Below, piece by piece: positions 42,170 to 55,545 of a DNA stretch of 64,000 nt. This DNA is from Octopus vulgaris. Taxonomy: Eukaryota. The notes under the pieces were generated by a model. It ran no database searches. It was not told the origin of the DNA and saw only the letters and a list, made by a program, of their open reading frames with translations. Made by a program: the position numbers and the translations under genes. The stretch lies in contig OX597829.1 of the NCBI GenBank assembly GCA_951406725.2, positions 23,374,001 through 23,438,000 of the forward strand. The letters are read 5' to 3'. The first letter of the stretch is position 1. Each line of letters starts with the position of its first letter.

Positions 42170-42308
42170 CGCATGTGCATACATACATACATACATACAT
42201 ACACACATATACATGCAAATATATATACATACATACATACATACACATATGTACATCCATCCATCCATAAACATACATACATACATATCTATACATACAC
42301 ACACATAC

Positions 42309-42356
<48 letters not shown>

Positions 42357-42720
42357 GCACACACACACATATATACACACAGACAGACAGACAGATAGGC
42401 AGAAAGGCAAGCAGACTTGCACATTATTTAAAGTTTCAAGGGTGAAGTCACACATATATCATCAAATGTTTTTATTCACTCACTTGTGTGTATATGTGTG
42501 TGTGTGTGTGTGCTTATGCATGCACACACATGAATGTGTGTGTGTGTGCGTGCACGCACGCATGCCCGTGTGTGTGTGTATGTATGAATGTACATCTGTA
42601 TGTATGCATGCATGTATGTATGTATATGTATATGTGTGTATGTGTGTATATATGTATGTTTGTATGTATATTATGTATGTGTGTATGTAATATACATATG
42701 TGTGACTGTGTTTGTGTTTA

Positions 42721-42771
<51 letters not shown>

Positions 42772-43210
42772 CGTATGTGTGTATGAATGTATGTATGCAT
42801 GCATCTGTGTATGTATATGTATATGTGTATATGTGTGTTTATATATGTATGTTTGTATGTACATTATGCATGTGTGTATGTAATATACATATATGTGTGT
42901 GTGTTTGTGTTTATAATATATATATGTATGCATGTATGTACGTATGTATGTATGTATGTATGTACGTATGTATGTATGAATGTATGTATGCATGCATCTG
43001 TGTATGTATATGTGTATATGTGTGTTTATATATGTATGTTTGTATGTACATTATGCATGTGTATATGTAATATACATATATGTGTGTATGTATGTTTATG
43101 TATGTATGTATGTATGTATGTATGTATGTATGTATGTATATATGCATAGATATATGTATGTATACATGTATGTATGTATGTTGTATATATGTATATATGT
43201 ATGTATGTAC
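42170..43210. repeat. CA/TG/GTAT low-complexity region with a higher-order unit of about 180-200 bp repeated three times
   Basis: GTATGTTTGTATGTA...GTAATATACATATG recurs near 42655, 42850 and 43035. Confidence 0.85.
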
Positions 43211-43671
43211 GTTTTCTTAATGTAATTTATCTCGTGTGCTTTATTCTTTCAAAAGTTGAACCAAATGTTTGAGTGGTTAAGATAACTTTGCTCAAAATCA
43301 TGAGGCACCAGGTTCAATTCCTCAGCATGGCATCTTGAGCAAACATCGTTTTCTATCATAGCCCTGTATCAATCCATACCTTCTTAATGAAATTGAGTAG
43401 AGGGGAAACTATGCAGAGGCCCCCTCATGTGGATTTGCACCTGCAATTCAACAGGTAAAGTCTTGTCACACTCTGCATCACAATGATTCTGCTTGGGAAT
43501 TATTTGAAACCAATTACATTAGGGTTACACATGCCTGTGAAATACTCAGCCACTTACACATTAGCGCTGAATGGGCCCTGCATTCCAGTTGATTGAACAA
43601 CTGAATTACTCATCAGCGAAACCAACGATTACTCATTCAAAGTTCCATTTAATTTATTGGTTCATTCATAC

Positions 43672-43675
43672 AGTG

Positions 43676-43737
<62 letters not shown>

Positions 43738-43744
43738 AGTAGTA

Positions 43745-43812
<68 letters not shown>

Positions 43813-43857
43813 GGTGGTGGTGGTGGTGGTGGTGGTGGTGGTGGTGGTGGTGGTGGC

Positions 43858-43898
<41 letters not shown>

Positions 43899-43900
43899 TT

Positions 43901-43968
<68 letters not shown>

Positions 43969-44149
43969 GGTGGTGGTGGTGGTGGTGGTGGTTGTCGTCG
44001 TCGTCGTTTTGGCAGTGGTGGCGGCGACGGTAGTAGTAGTGGTGGTGGTGGCGGCGGTGGTGGTGGTGATGGTAGTGGTGGTGGTGATGGTGGTGGTGGT
44101 GATCGTGGTAGTCGTGGTGATGGCGGCGGCGACGGTGGTAATAGCAGCA

Positions 44150-44195
<46 letters not shown>

Positions 44196-44702
44196 TAGTA
44201 GTAGTAGAAGTCGTAGTAGTAAAGTTTTGCACAAGATCGACACTCATTGAGCATACTTATGATCAAAGAATGCAAAGACGTTCCTGCCGTGACGCTCCCA
44301 ATTTTTTTTTTGCTTGTTTTTGTGTTGTTTTATTTTGGTTCTTTCAGTTTTTTTTCTTTTTGTTTCTTTTCCAGGAGGTGTGCATCCTAGACATTATCGA
44401 TTGTCTCGTGCCTGTTTTTAAGCAGGGTGTGGCCGACCGGAATGATGCTCGCTCGTGGCTCGTGACACTGGTGGTTGTGGGGGAGGGGGGGGGGGTAAAT
44501 CGTACGTCCTGCATCAACAGCAAATGGAGGTTGCGATGGCTGCAGTTTAGGGAGCTACTGTTGCACGTGCTATCTCAGATGTTGCAGCTGCTGCTGCTGC
44601 TGCTACTGCTACTGCTACTGCTGCTGCTGCTGTCGATGATGATGATGATGATGATGATGATGAGTATAACGACAACGATGAAGATGACGACGACGACGAT
44701 GA

Positions 44703-44736
<34 letters not shown>

Positions 44737-44747
44737 GGTGGTGGTGG

Positions 44748-44800
<53 letters not shown>

Positions 44801-45297
44801 ATGATGATGATGATGATGATGCTGATGATGATGATGATGATGGTGATAGTGATGATGACGATGATGATGATGGTGGTGGTGGTGGTGGTGGTTGTGGTGG
44901 TGGTGGTGGTGGTGGTGGTGGTGGTGGTGGTGGTGGTGGTGGTGGTGGTGGTTGTGGTGGTGTGTTGTGGTAGTGGTGGTAATGGTGGTGGTGGTGGTGG
45001 TGGTAGTTGTGGTGGTGTGTTGTGGTAGTGGTGGTGGTGGTGGTGGTGGTTGTGGTGGTGGTGTGTTGTGGTAGTGGTGGTAGTGGTGGTGGTGGTGGTG
45101 GTGGTGGTTGTAGTGGTGGTGTGTTGTGGTAGTGGTGGTAGTGGTGGTGGTGGTGGTGGTGGTTGTAGTGGTGGTGTGTTGTGGTAGTGGTGGTAGTGGT
45201 GGTGGTGGTTGTGGTGGTGGTTGTGGTGGTGGTGTGTTGTGTTGTGGTGGTGGTGGTGGTGGTGGTGGTGGTGGTGTGTTGTGGTAGTGGTGATGAT
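43672..45297. repeat. Mosaic trinucleotide repeat domain (GTA/GTG/GCA/CTG/ATG) around about 360 bp of unique sequence (44221-44582)
   Basis: Direct reading. Confidence 0.95.
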
Positions 45298-45855
45298 GGA
45301 GAGATGTTAGTCGAGTGATTTAATTGTCGTTAGTCTGGTCAGGTTTGTCACTTCGTATCGTCCAACCAATCCGTAGCGAGTGCAGCTGCACCATTTAAAT
45401 AGTGTGTGCGCGTGCGTGCGTGCGTGCATGTGTGCATGTGTGTGTATGTTTGTGTATGTGTGTGTGTGTGTGCGCGCGCGCGTGTTATTATGCATTGTTA
45501 TGCAACCAGAAGTATTGCCATTGTTTTGTCTGTCTGTCGGAAACGAAAGGGTGGATCGAATAATATATTTGCCGTACCCCAGCGCAGGTTCTATTCTTAT
45601 TGCATGGGTGTCTTATATTGGGAGAAGAATTACACCTCACAGAGAAGACTCAGAATCCGATAGATCGATAGTCAGTTTCCTCCTCGTAAATCAATCCCCA
45701 TTTATATACACAAGACAACGTTGAACCTACTTCATATAAACCATGAATTATGAAGTACATTCCAGAAGTTTTGAGACTTTCATTAGAAGATCCAACTGCA
45801 GTTATTACGTTCTAGATTATTTTAGTATATCATTATAATATCTCTAACATTTCAG

Positions 45856-46175
45856 TATGTGGCATCTTGGGCAAGCGTCTTCTGCTATAGCCCCGGGCCG
45901 ACCAATGCCTTGTGAGTGGATTTGGTAGACGGAAACTCAAAGAAGCCCGTCGTATATATGTATACATATGTATGTTTGTGTGTTTGTGTTTGTCCCCCTA
46001 GCATTGCTTGACAACCGATGCTGGTGTGTTTACGTCCCCGTCACTTAGCGGTTCGGCAAAAGAGACCGATAGAATAAGTACTGGGCTTACAAAGAATAAG
46101 TCCCAGGGTCGATTTGCTCGACTGAAGGCGGTGCTCCAGCATGGCCGCAGTCAAATGACTGAAACAAGTAAAAAA
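45856..46175 (+). mobile_element. SINE family A, 5'-truncated, inserted in a TATATCATTATAATA minisatellite
   Basis: Matches the 18101 consensus; the minisatellite lies on both sides (45815-45855, 46190-46300). Confidence 0.88.
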
Positions 46176-46471
46176 AGAAAAAAAAGAAATATCAGTATAA
46201 TATTTTAGAATATCATTATAATACCTCTAATATTTCAGTATATCATTATAATATTTTAGTATATCATTATAATTGTAATATATCGTTATAATACATCTAA
46301 TAAGCTAAGCTGCCGACTTTTCTTATTCCAGATTGAAGGTGATGGCTGTAACAGCACTTTGAACACATCCCACTAAACACTGCTGGTCACAGCTGACTAG
46401 TTTGAAGAATACAAATGAGAGGTGAAGACAATTCGAAAGCTCGCTATGCAATAAAGGGTAACGGTTCAGTA

Positions 46472-46868
46472 TTCTCTTTTACTTGTTTTAGTCATTTGAC
46501 CGCGGCCATGCTGGAGCACCGCCTTTAGTCAAGCAAATCGACCCCAGGATTTATTCTTTGTAAGCCTAGTACTTATTCTATCGTTTTTTTTTTTTTGCCG
46601 AACTTCCAAATTACGGGGACGTAAGCACACCACCATCGGTTGTCAAGCGATGTTGGTGGGGACAAACACAAACACACAAACATATACACACACATATATA
46701 TATGCATATATACGACGGGCTTCTTTCAGTTTCCGTCTACCAAATCCACTCACAAGGCTTTGGTCGGCCCGAGGCTATCGTAGAAGACACTTGCCCAAGG
46801 TGCCACGCAGTGGGAATGAACCCAGAACTATGCGGTTGGTAAGCAAGCTACTTACCACACAGCCCCTC
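46472..46868 (-). mobile_element. SINE family A
   Basis: Reverse complement of consensus. Confidence 0.88.
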
Positions 46869-46889
46869 CTTAAAAAAGTAAATAAAAAT

Positions 46890-47468
46890 TAAAGGGGAGA
46901 TAAGAAGTAAAAGAAGCAATTTTTTACACAGCATAAACACTCTTTATCTGTGGAATTACGCCATATAAATTCATGCAAATATGAAACAAACAATTTGTCC
47001 GATGTCCCAAACTGTGGTCGCAGCTTTCGTTTTACTCGCATCCACGATTTCCACATTTTGTGTGTGGATGTGTTGATCACGAGGATCAACAAAATTTTGT
47101 TGGTGTATAATCACCTCGTGCGTGTATACACCATCATTCAGGATACCGATGTTATTATACACTCGCCAGCCATCACTGACTGTGTGAGTCCCAGGTAAAA
47201 TCCATCTTTGTATCAGTGCAGTTAAAGTTTGTTCAGTACGATCAGGTACTTCGACCAAAAAACACTTTTTAGAGACTCTCTCGTGCCACCGAATACCCAA
47301 TGGCCAGGTGATACTTACGATGAAAGAACTTGCTTTTGTCATAAAATCACATTCTTGATACTTTTGATTCTCACAGAATGATGAATATATGTAAAAAAAT
47401 TATTATTTTTCTTCTTACGTATGCAAATGAGTGGAGAGCATGGAATAGTGGGGGTAAGTACATTAACC
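46890..47468 (-). mobile_element. Merlin (IS1595/ISXO2-like) DDE transposase pseudogene fragment
   Basis: CFLVEVPDRTEQTLTALIQRWILPGTHTVSDGWRVY...HQQNFVDP..HTQNVE, then frameshifted SWMRVKRKLR...SYLHEFIWR. Candidate TIR GGTTAATGTACTTACCCCCAC starts at 47468 on the minus strand. Confidence 0.85.
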
Positions 47469-49049
47469 TATTGAGACTTAATTCTGACTAAACACAGCAT
47501 AATGAAATTTTCACTGTACTAAGAGCTAAAAGTTTTCAAGTTGCAGGTACTCTTCCAAATCATCCAATATGCTTGGTTCTATAATTTTTCAAAAACGTAG
47601 AATGGAATTTATGACTACATGAGGAAATCGCATCAGAGAATTCATTTAATGTATTTAAACTATATGATCTAAGGATAATGTACGATCCCCTTATACATAA
47701 CCTGCATCTATTCGAAGTAGCACTTTAAGGAGGGGGCCTTCGCAATTATAGACCAGAATAAAGAATAAGTGTTGCAATCTCTTAGGTGGTGTATATATGA
47801 GGCGAGAGTTGTTGAGTTTTTATACTTAACTTTAATAAAGGAATACAAATGGGTTCTATATCTCCTCTTAAAATCAACAGTGCTTCCTATACAAACCTTA
47901 GTTTTTTTGGTTATCTACTTTTACTGTACACTTATACACCACATTTTTCGTAAGACATGAACCGGCAAGTGGACAAGATTCAGACACTCTACAGCTACAA
48001 GTTTTTTTCTAAATTTGTTCTATCATTCCTGTTATTGTCTTATTGTTTTTTTAAACTTTGGTGGGTAGGATGGCAAGATCGGTGACTACCAAAGGTTGAC
48101 TTGGATTAACATTATTAATTTTAGATTTACTTAAATTTATTATTCTAGATTTGTTCTTGTTACCAGAGGTACGTTATTAGTGTTGGAGTCCTTATTTGAT
48201 TGATGTTTTGTTTTACTTCTATTCATAGAAGCTATAATAGATCCTAGATGAGGTTTTGCGGAGTAGGAAAATTTTATCGAAGTTTTATTACAGATTGTGT
48301 AATACTTGTGGTGTTTGAAAAATTAGCCTTCAAGATCTTGAAAAACAACTTAGGCAACTTCTTAACTCTAAGAGAAAAAGGAGGGGCAAACCAAATTACT
48401 TCGCGTTTTCTAGAATTGGATTCAGAATCAGGATTATACTTATTATCAGATTTATACTTATATTTATAATCAGGTTTATACTTATTATATTTACTATATT
48501 TATTACTAGGTTGTATTCCACTAGGTATGATATGATTACCACATGGCTTATTTATATCTACGTCAATACATGGTTTGCGCTTATAGTTTTAGGGAAGTTG
48601 GGAAATATATTTGCTAATTTTCTTTCAAGTTTCGTGTTAGATATGTAAGAAATTTGATAATTAAAACCACTTAGTTTCAGGGCATTATTGTTAACCGGGG
48701 CATGTTGATTAAAAATCTCCTCATTGATAAATTTGAGGTTCTAATGGAAATAGCCGTAACGATGCTATTGATAGTGAATCTAGGATCATTCGAAGAAACG
48801 TTAATACATTGCATTTCCTTACCAGGCATTTTTATTTGATCTAAGATCTGTTTCGCTCACTTTCCAATCAAAAATGAATTTAGAACTTTCTTTATCACAA
48901 CACTTTGTGTATATCTTTTTGAATGGCATTAGGGTCGTGATTGAGTGCAATATTAAATATTGTTTCAAGCTTTTGACCGAAGGCCCAAGAATTTTAGTGG
49001 AAGACGGTTGGTCAATTACATAGACCACGATCCTGCACTGTTTTTTTGG

Positions 49050-49579
49050 GGTTTTTTTAAACCTGAATGATAAAAGGTAAAGTTGATCTCGGCAGTATCT
49101 GAATACAAAACGTAAAGTGCCAGGAGAAAGACTGCCAAGAACATTATCCGATACAATAATGGTTCTGCCAGCTCACCACCTTAATTAATTGTTTAAAATT
49201 TTGATAGAAGGCCAGATAATTTCGAGGGAAGGAGATTAATCGAATACATCAACCCCAATACCTGACATACTTAATTTTTTTCGACTCCGAAAAGATGAAA
49301 TGCAAAGTTAAACACGGTTTATTTTGAATCAGAACGTAAAGAGCCAGAAAAAATGCCACCGAGTATTTTGTTCGACTTGCTAACGATTCTGCTAGTTCGC
49401 CTCTATTGATTTCAAATTTTAGCACAAGGCCAGCAATTTCATGGAAGTGTAAGTCGATTACGTTGACCTTGGTGCTCAGCTGGTGCTTCTTTCATCGACC
49501 TCCAAATGGATGCTAGGCAAAGTGGACTTTGACGGAATTTGAACTCAGAATGTAAAGACATGTAGCATACGCTTAGTGA

Positions 49580-49616
<37 letters not shown>

Positions 49617-50370
49617 TCTCTCTATCTCTCTCACTCCCTCTCTCTCTCTATCTCTTCTTCTTCTTCTCTGACATATATAACATAAATACGGACGTAGCAG
49701 ATAACAGTTAACATTCGGCGATTTGAACCCTGTTGTGTCCACTACTCTGATTGGTTGGTATTGGCGCAATTTGTCTCTTGCTGTATCACGCCCCAATACC
49801 AACCAATCAGAGTAGTGGACACAACAGGGTCCAAGCGGCCGAAGGTTAGCTGTTATCTGTTACGTCCGTATTTATGTTATATATGTCAGAGAGAGAGAAT
49901 TTCACTAAGTGTACGCTACAAATAGATGAAAGCTGCTAAGTATTTTGTCCAACATGCTAATGAACTTCAACTGGTACTTATTTTTTCAACTCCGAAAAGA
50001 TGAAAGGCAAAGTAGACTTTGACAGAATTTGAACTCAGAACGTAGAGATGAACAAAATGCCACCAAGCATTTTATAAGTCCTACTTAGATTGAGCCAACT
50101 CACTGTTTTTTTATGTATTAGTTTCAATTTTTGGCACAAAACCAGCAATTTTAAGGGAGAGAGTAAGCCGACTACATCAACCCCAAATTTTGAGGGAGCG
50201 AATTTGTTGATTACCTCAATCAAGGTGCTCAACTGGTATTTATTTTATGAACACCGAAAGGATGAAAGGCGAAGTCGAACTTTGCGGAATTTGAACTCAA
50301 AAGTAAAGACGGACGAAAAAGTGCTAAGCATTTTGTCCTATGTGTTAACGATTGAGCTAACTCGCTATCA
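49050..50370 (-). mobile_element. Stack of old family B SINE fragments in the same orientation
   Basis: At least five GATGAAAGGCAAAGT...GAATTTGAACTC-like segments. Confidence 0.75.
49561..49920. mobile_element. Long-TIR foldback element (TGT...ACA ends) with (CT)n expansion in the left arm
   Basis: TGTAGCATACGCTTAGTGAAATTCTC / GAGAATTTCACTAAGTGTACGCTACA; inner arms ...ACTCTGATTGGTTGGTATTGG / CCAATACCAACCAATCAGAGT. Confidence 0.85.
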
Positions 50371-50975
50371 TATTAAATATTATATAATAAATATTATAAC
50401 ATCTTTGCTTCTCCATAAAGTTAATTCGTGCAGCGGGTGAAATTTTTTAAACACATTCAAACATGCTGTTTTAGTTAGCAAACAAAGAAGGAAATAAAGA
50501 AGCAAGCTGCAACAAAATGAAACAAAATTTCCAAAATCTGAAAATAGTTTAAAATAAGAGTCATCATCAGAACGTAATTAGTGTTCGTTAGAAGTTTAGT
50601 ATAATTAACATTTAAAAAACATCACAACACAAACTGGTCTAAATATAGAAAGTAAATCTCGGATGATCATCAACTGGCAAGCAGGAACTTAATTATAGTA
50701 CCCATCATCAAAAAAGAACGAGAGAAGACAAACACAACTGCAGATTTATAAAGTTCACCTTTATCAAACCACCATTTATTTAGTAGTACTGTTCACATGA
50801 AAATTCATCATTTCAATTCACAAATTATTTTGTTAATGGTGGTGATGGTGTTTATCCCCTTTATATTCTTAGGGATTATGCTATTGATTTTGAAAAATAA
50901 AATCTCCCTGTAATAAATATCTGATAAAAATTCTTTATCTATAACCATTTACTTAAATCTAAAATACGTGTATAT

Positions 50976-51209
50976 CCTATTTCTTTACTGCCCACAAGGG
51001 GCTAAACACAGAGGAGACAAACAAGGACAGACAAACGGATTAAGTCGATTTTATCGACCCCAGTGCGTAACTGGTACTTAATTTATCGACCTCGAAAGGA
51101 TGAAAGGTAAAGTCGACTTCGGCGGAATTTGAACTCAGAACGTAACGACGGACGAACTACCGCTTCGCATTTCTCCTGGCGTGCTAACGTTTCTGCCAGC
51201 TCGCCGCCC
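50976..51209 (-). mobile_element. SINE family B, full length
   Basis: Near-identical to 61977-62200. Confidence 0.9.
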
Positions 51210-51568
51210 TAAATACATTTATATCTGTAAGTAACTCTTCGCTAACACTGTTATTAAAGAAATTAAAATTTCAATGCACCAGGCTAAACAGGTTCACTAT
51301 CACCGTACTGGAGGTATGAATAGTAAATTCAAAATCAACATAAGTGTGGCTGTGCGGGAAGAAGTTTGCTTTCCGGCCACATGCTTCCGGGTTCAGTTCC
51401 GCTGCGTGGCACCTTGGGCGATTGTTTTCTGGTATAGCCTCGAGCCGACTAAAGTCTTAGCGCAGATTTGGTTGACGAAAACGGAAACAAAAATAATATC
51501 GGAGACCAGCAAGCAATTAAAAATCATAGAGGTAAAAATTGATATAGATTTATAATTATATATAAAAA

Positions 51569-52092
51569 CTAGCAGTATCGCCCGGCGTTGCTCGGGTTTG
51601 TAAGGGAAATAACTATATAAGCATTTTTAGAGAGTTACTTCCCTTATAGATGCCAATTCGGGCTTTCTTAGCCATTTCTGTTTTGGTGTCTTCAAGCCAT
51701 GAAGTCGTTGTTCTAAAAGAACGCTGGTCTCCTTGACAACGCATTACGACGTTGATTTCCTTAAACTCCCCTCCACACAGCTTCACGAGGGAGGGAAGAA
51801 GGGGGAGAAGCAAACAGGTGCAGGTGTGACCATGGACCCCCACTCCGCCGCCATCGACACACGAAAAATTATGCATTAAAATGGAATAAAAAATGATGTT
51901 AAATTATTTTTAAAATCGGAGACTCATCGTAGACCAGCGTTCTTTTAGAACAACGACTTCATGGCTTGAAGACACCAAAACAGAAATGGCTAAGAAAGCC
52001 CGAATTGGCATCTATAAGAGAAGTAACTCTCTAAAAATGCTTATATAGTTATTTCCCTTACAAATCCGAGCAACGCCGGGCGATACTCCTAG
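51569..52092. mobile_element. Helitron-derived palindrome: two inverted 162-bp arms, each ending in hairpin + CTAG, with a 200-bp spacer
   Basis: Arms 51569-51730 and 51931-52092 with about 3 mismatches; terminus CCGAGCAACGCCGGGCGATACT(G/C)CTAG-T. Confidence 0.8.
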
Positions 52093-52148
52093 TTATATAT
52101 AAAAATATATAATCCAAGTATCCTTCATTATGATTATATATTTTTATA

Positions 52149-52179
<31 letters not shown>

Positions 52180-53173
52180 CATACATACATACATACATAC
52201 ATACATACATACATACATACATACATGTGTGTGAGTTTTAACGAAGTCGCGTCTTGCCCTAACTTTCGGAATGCGGAGTAGATAAAACAGGGGACAACTG
52301 ATGAAGGGAATGTTCTTTATGTTGCATGTCTCGTTTCTCTGTTTGTTTTTTCGTTACTCGAAAAAAAAAGTTCGTTTTCTATGTTTTTATTTTTTATGTT
52401 CTCGTTTCTCATTCTGTTCAGGTTTTTTTTTTATGTCCTCTACCCATATATGCATGTATATATACATATATATGTAGGTATGTACATATGCATATATTTA
52501 TATATTATTTATATTATTATATGATCGAAAGTCCACGCATCCTTTTCCGAGTAAGTTTTATCTCTTATGATAAAAGGCAGATTTTCTCTGCCTGTTCCTA
52601 TGTTTCTTTTTAATACAATTCTACAATATAGAATTTCTTCAATTGGAATTTACCTATGATTTTTCCAAGTAGATTCCATTGGGTCATGGCGTGTTTCCCA
52701 TTGATTTCAACTTACGCACTTAGAAAACTATGAGAGTCAACTGTCACACTTAAGGTCTAGTTAACATCCTTGGGCTAAATACAGATCGGCAGAGATAAAC
52801 CAATTACTTTCCCTTGTTCTCTGGCCTACATCCAGCTTTCCAACATATATAAATAGGGTAACCAAATTCTGTTTGTTCCTTTCTTTCTGCACCGACGGAG
52901 TAAGCACCTTATACAAGGGACTACACAACTCTTACCCTCTCTACTTGTCTCTCTTCCACCCAATCTCTCTCTCTCCCTCTCTTTCCCTCTCTTCCACCCT
53001 CTCTCTCTTTCCTTCATTTCTCCACCAGTCTTCTTGCAACAGAATAGATAACAGAATAGCAAATAACCTGTGTACAACTGCAACAAGAAGTTGTCTTCTA
53101 CGTTGTAATGATAAAAATAAAGAGCCATTTCAATTCATAATATTTTACTTCCTCACATTTATTCGGTGAATAC

Positions 53174-53213
<40 letters not shown>

Positions 53214-53536
53214 TTGTCTGTCTATCTGTCTGTCTTTGTGTCTGAGTGTTTTCTCTGCTTGACAACCGGTGTTAGTGGTTAGTGTGTTTAAAAAGTAGCA
53301 TTGTCGATTCGTTCAACTAAAAATTCATAAAGGTTTAAAATTCTTTAGTATGGTCGCAGTCTAATGACTGAAACAAGTAAAAGATAAAAGATATATCGAT
53401 ACTGTAAGGCATATAGTCTGGCGTTCCACTGTTTTTGCTTATTCTCTCCCTCACGGATAAGTTGTTATTTTAGAATAACAACAGATGAGATGTATTCACG
53501 ATCATGCCTTCCTTACGAGTATAAATGGAGAATCGG

Positions 53537-54310
53537 AAAGGTGTGTGGCTTAATGGTAAGGGCAGTGGTTTTCAACCAGGGTTCCGCCAGTACAGTCCAG
53601 GGGTTCCGCAAGAAGTTACAAAACTGCTAAAATCGGCAGTAATTTTTAAGGGGCTCAAAACAGAGGGGACAAACAAGGACAGACAAACGGATTAAGTCGA
53701 TTATATCGACCCCAGTGCGTAACTGGTACTTATTTAATCGATCCCGAAAGGATGAGAGGCAATTTTTGCAGATATGTGTACATAAGACTATCAAATTATT
53801 GCACAGGGGTTCCTCGAGCCAGTGGAATGTTTCCTTGGGGTTCCGTTCCAGCAAAAAGTTTGAAAAGCACTGGGTTAGGGTAATCGACTCACCGTCATGA
53901 GGTCGTGAGTTAGACTCCCGGTGGTGCGTAGTGTCCTTCAGCAAGGCACTTTATTCCACGTTGCTCTAGTTCACTCATCTGTCCAAAACTTCTCACTGTT
54001 TGTGAATACCTCACCATGGTTCACAGTAAGCTCAACCTGCGAGTATTTTCTGTACCAAGCAATCCGGAACAGCACAGCAGCCACAACCGCTTACACAACA
54101 TGTGTTTAACCGGCTCTGCCTTGTGACCTCAACTTCTTGTACAGAACTTCAATCTGTAATTCAAAGAGCCAGCCCTGTCACATTGTATGTCACGCTGAAT
54201 CTCCCTTGTGTCTGTGAAGTGCTCAGCCACTAGCACGTTAATTTCACGGGCAAATTGTTCTGTTGATTGGATCAATTGGAACCCTCGTCGACGTAACCGG
54301 CGGAGTGCCT
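53537..54310 (+). mobile_element. SINE family C hosting a nested hAT MITE
   Basis: Head split at GGTTAGGG; body homologous to 18944-19445. Confidence 0.8.
53563..53872. mobile_element. hAT MITE containing a family B SINE fragment (about 53648-53760)
   Basis: TIRs CAGTGGTTTTCAA / TTGAAAAGCACTG; 8-bp TSD GGTAAGGG / GGTTAGGG. Confidence 0.85.
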
Positions 54311-54385
54311 GTTTTAAATGGAGAATCATAATCTCGTTTCAAGGAGCTTTTATCCTTTGGTTAAATATTTCTAAAGTGTTGCCAT

Positions 54386-54864
<479 letters not shown>

Positions 54865-55144
54865 AACAAAATATGAAATAGCGACTTCATGTAGGAACAC
54901 GTCAATCTGTGACTTTGACTTTGAATATCACGGACAAGGAAGAGAAAAATGATAAGCATGTGATTAATAGATTGATTGCTTTGATATAGGCATACAAATC
55001 AATGGACAATACTTTAAATATATGGCACCACAATTCTAGGCTGCAGAAGGTTAAGAACTCTGTTGCTGCGTCTTGAAGTGCTTATGCTCTCTTGAACCTT
55101 GAACCAATTGTTCAGAAAAGAAACTTTATTTATTAAATATTTGT

Positions 55145-55545
55145 TTCTTTATTGCCCACGGGGGGGGGCTAAACATAGCTAGGACAAACAAAGGGATTAA
55201 GTCGACTACATCGATCCCAGTGCGTAACTGGTACTTATTTTAATCGATCCCAAAAGGATGAAAGGCAAAGTTGACCTCGGCGGAATTTGAACTCAGAACG
55301 TAACAGCAGACGAAATACATATTTCTTTACTGCCCACAAGGGGCTCAAAACAGAGGGGACAAACAAGGACAAACGGATTAAGTCGATTATATCGACCCCA
55401 GTGCGTAACTGGTACTTATTTAATCGATCCCGAAAGGATGAAAGGCAAAGTCGACCTCGGCGGAATTTGAACTCAGAACGTAACGGCAGACGAAATACGG
55501 CTACGCATTTCGTCCGGCATGCTAACGTTTCTGCCAGCTTGTCGC
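55145..55545 (-). mobile_element. Tandem dimer of family B SINE
   Basis: Two consecutive copies joined near 55320. Confidence 0.85.

Noticed and set aside
43571-45028. 485-aa ORF as a protein-coding gene
   Set aside because: Homopolymer runs from triplet repeats; it starts in a SINE and has no recognisable domain.
46395-46460. Another hammerhead-like TTGAAGA...CGAAAGCTC...AATAAA motif
   Set aside because: The core is mutated and no convincing stems form.
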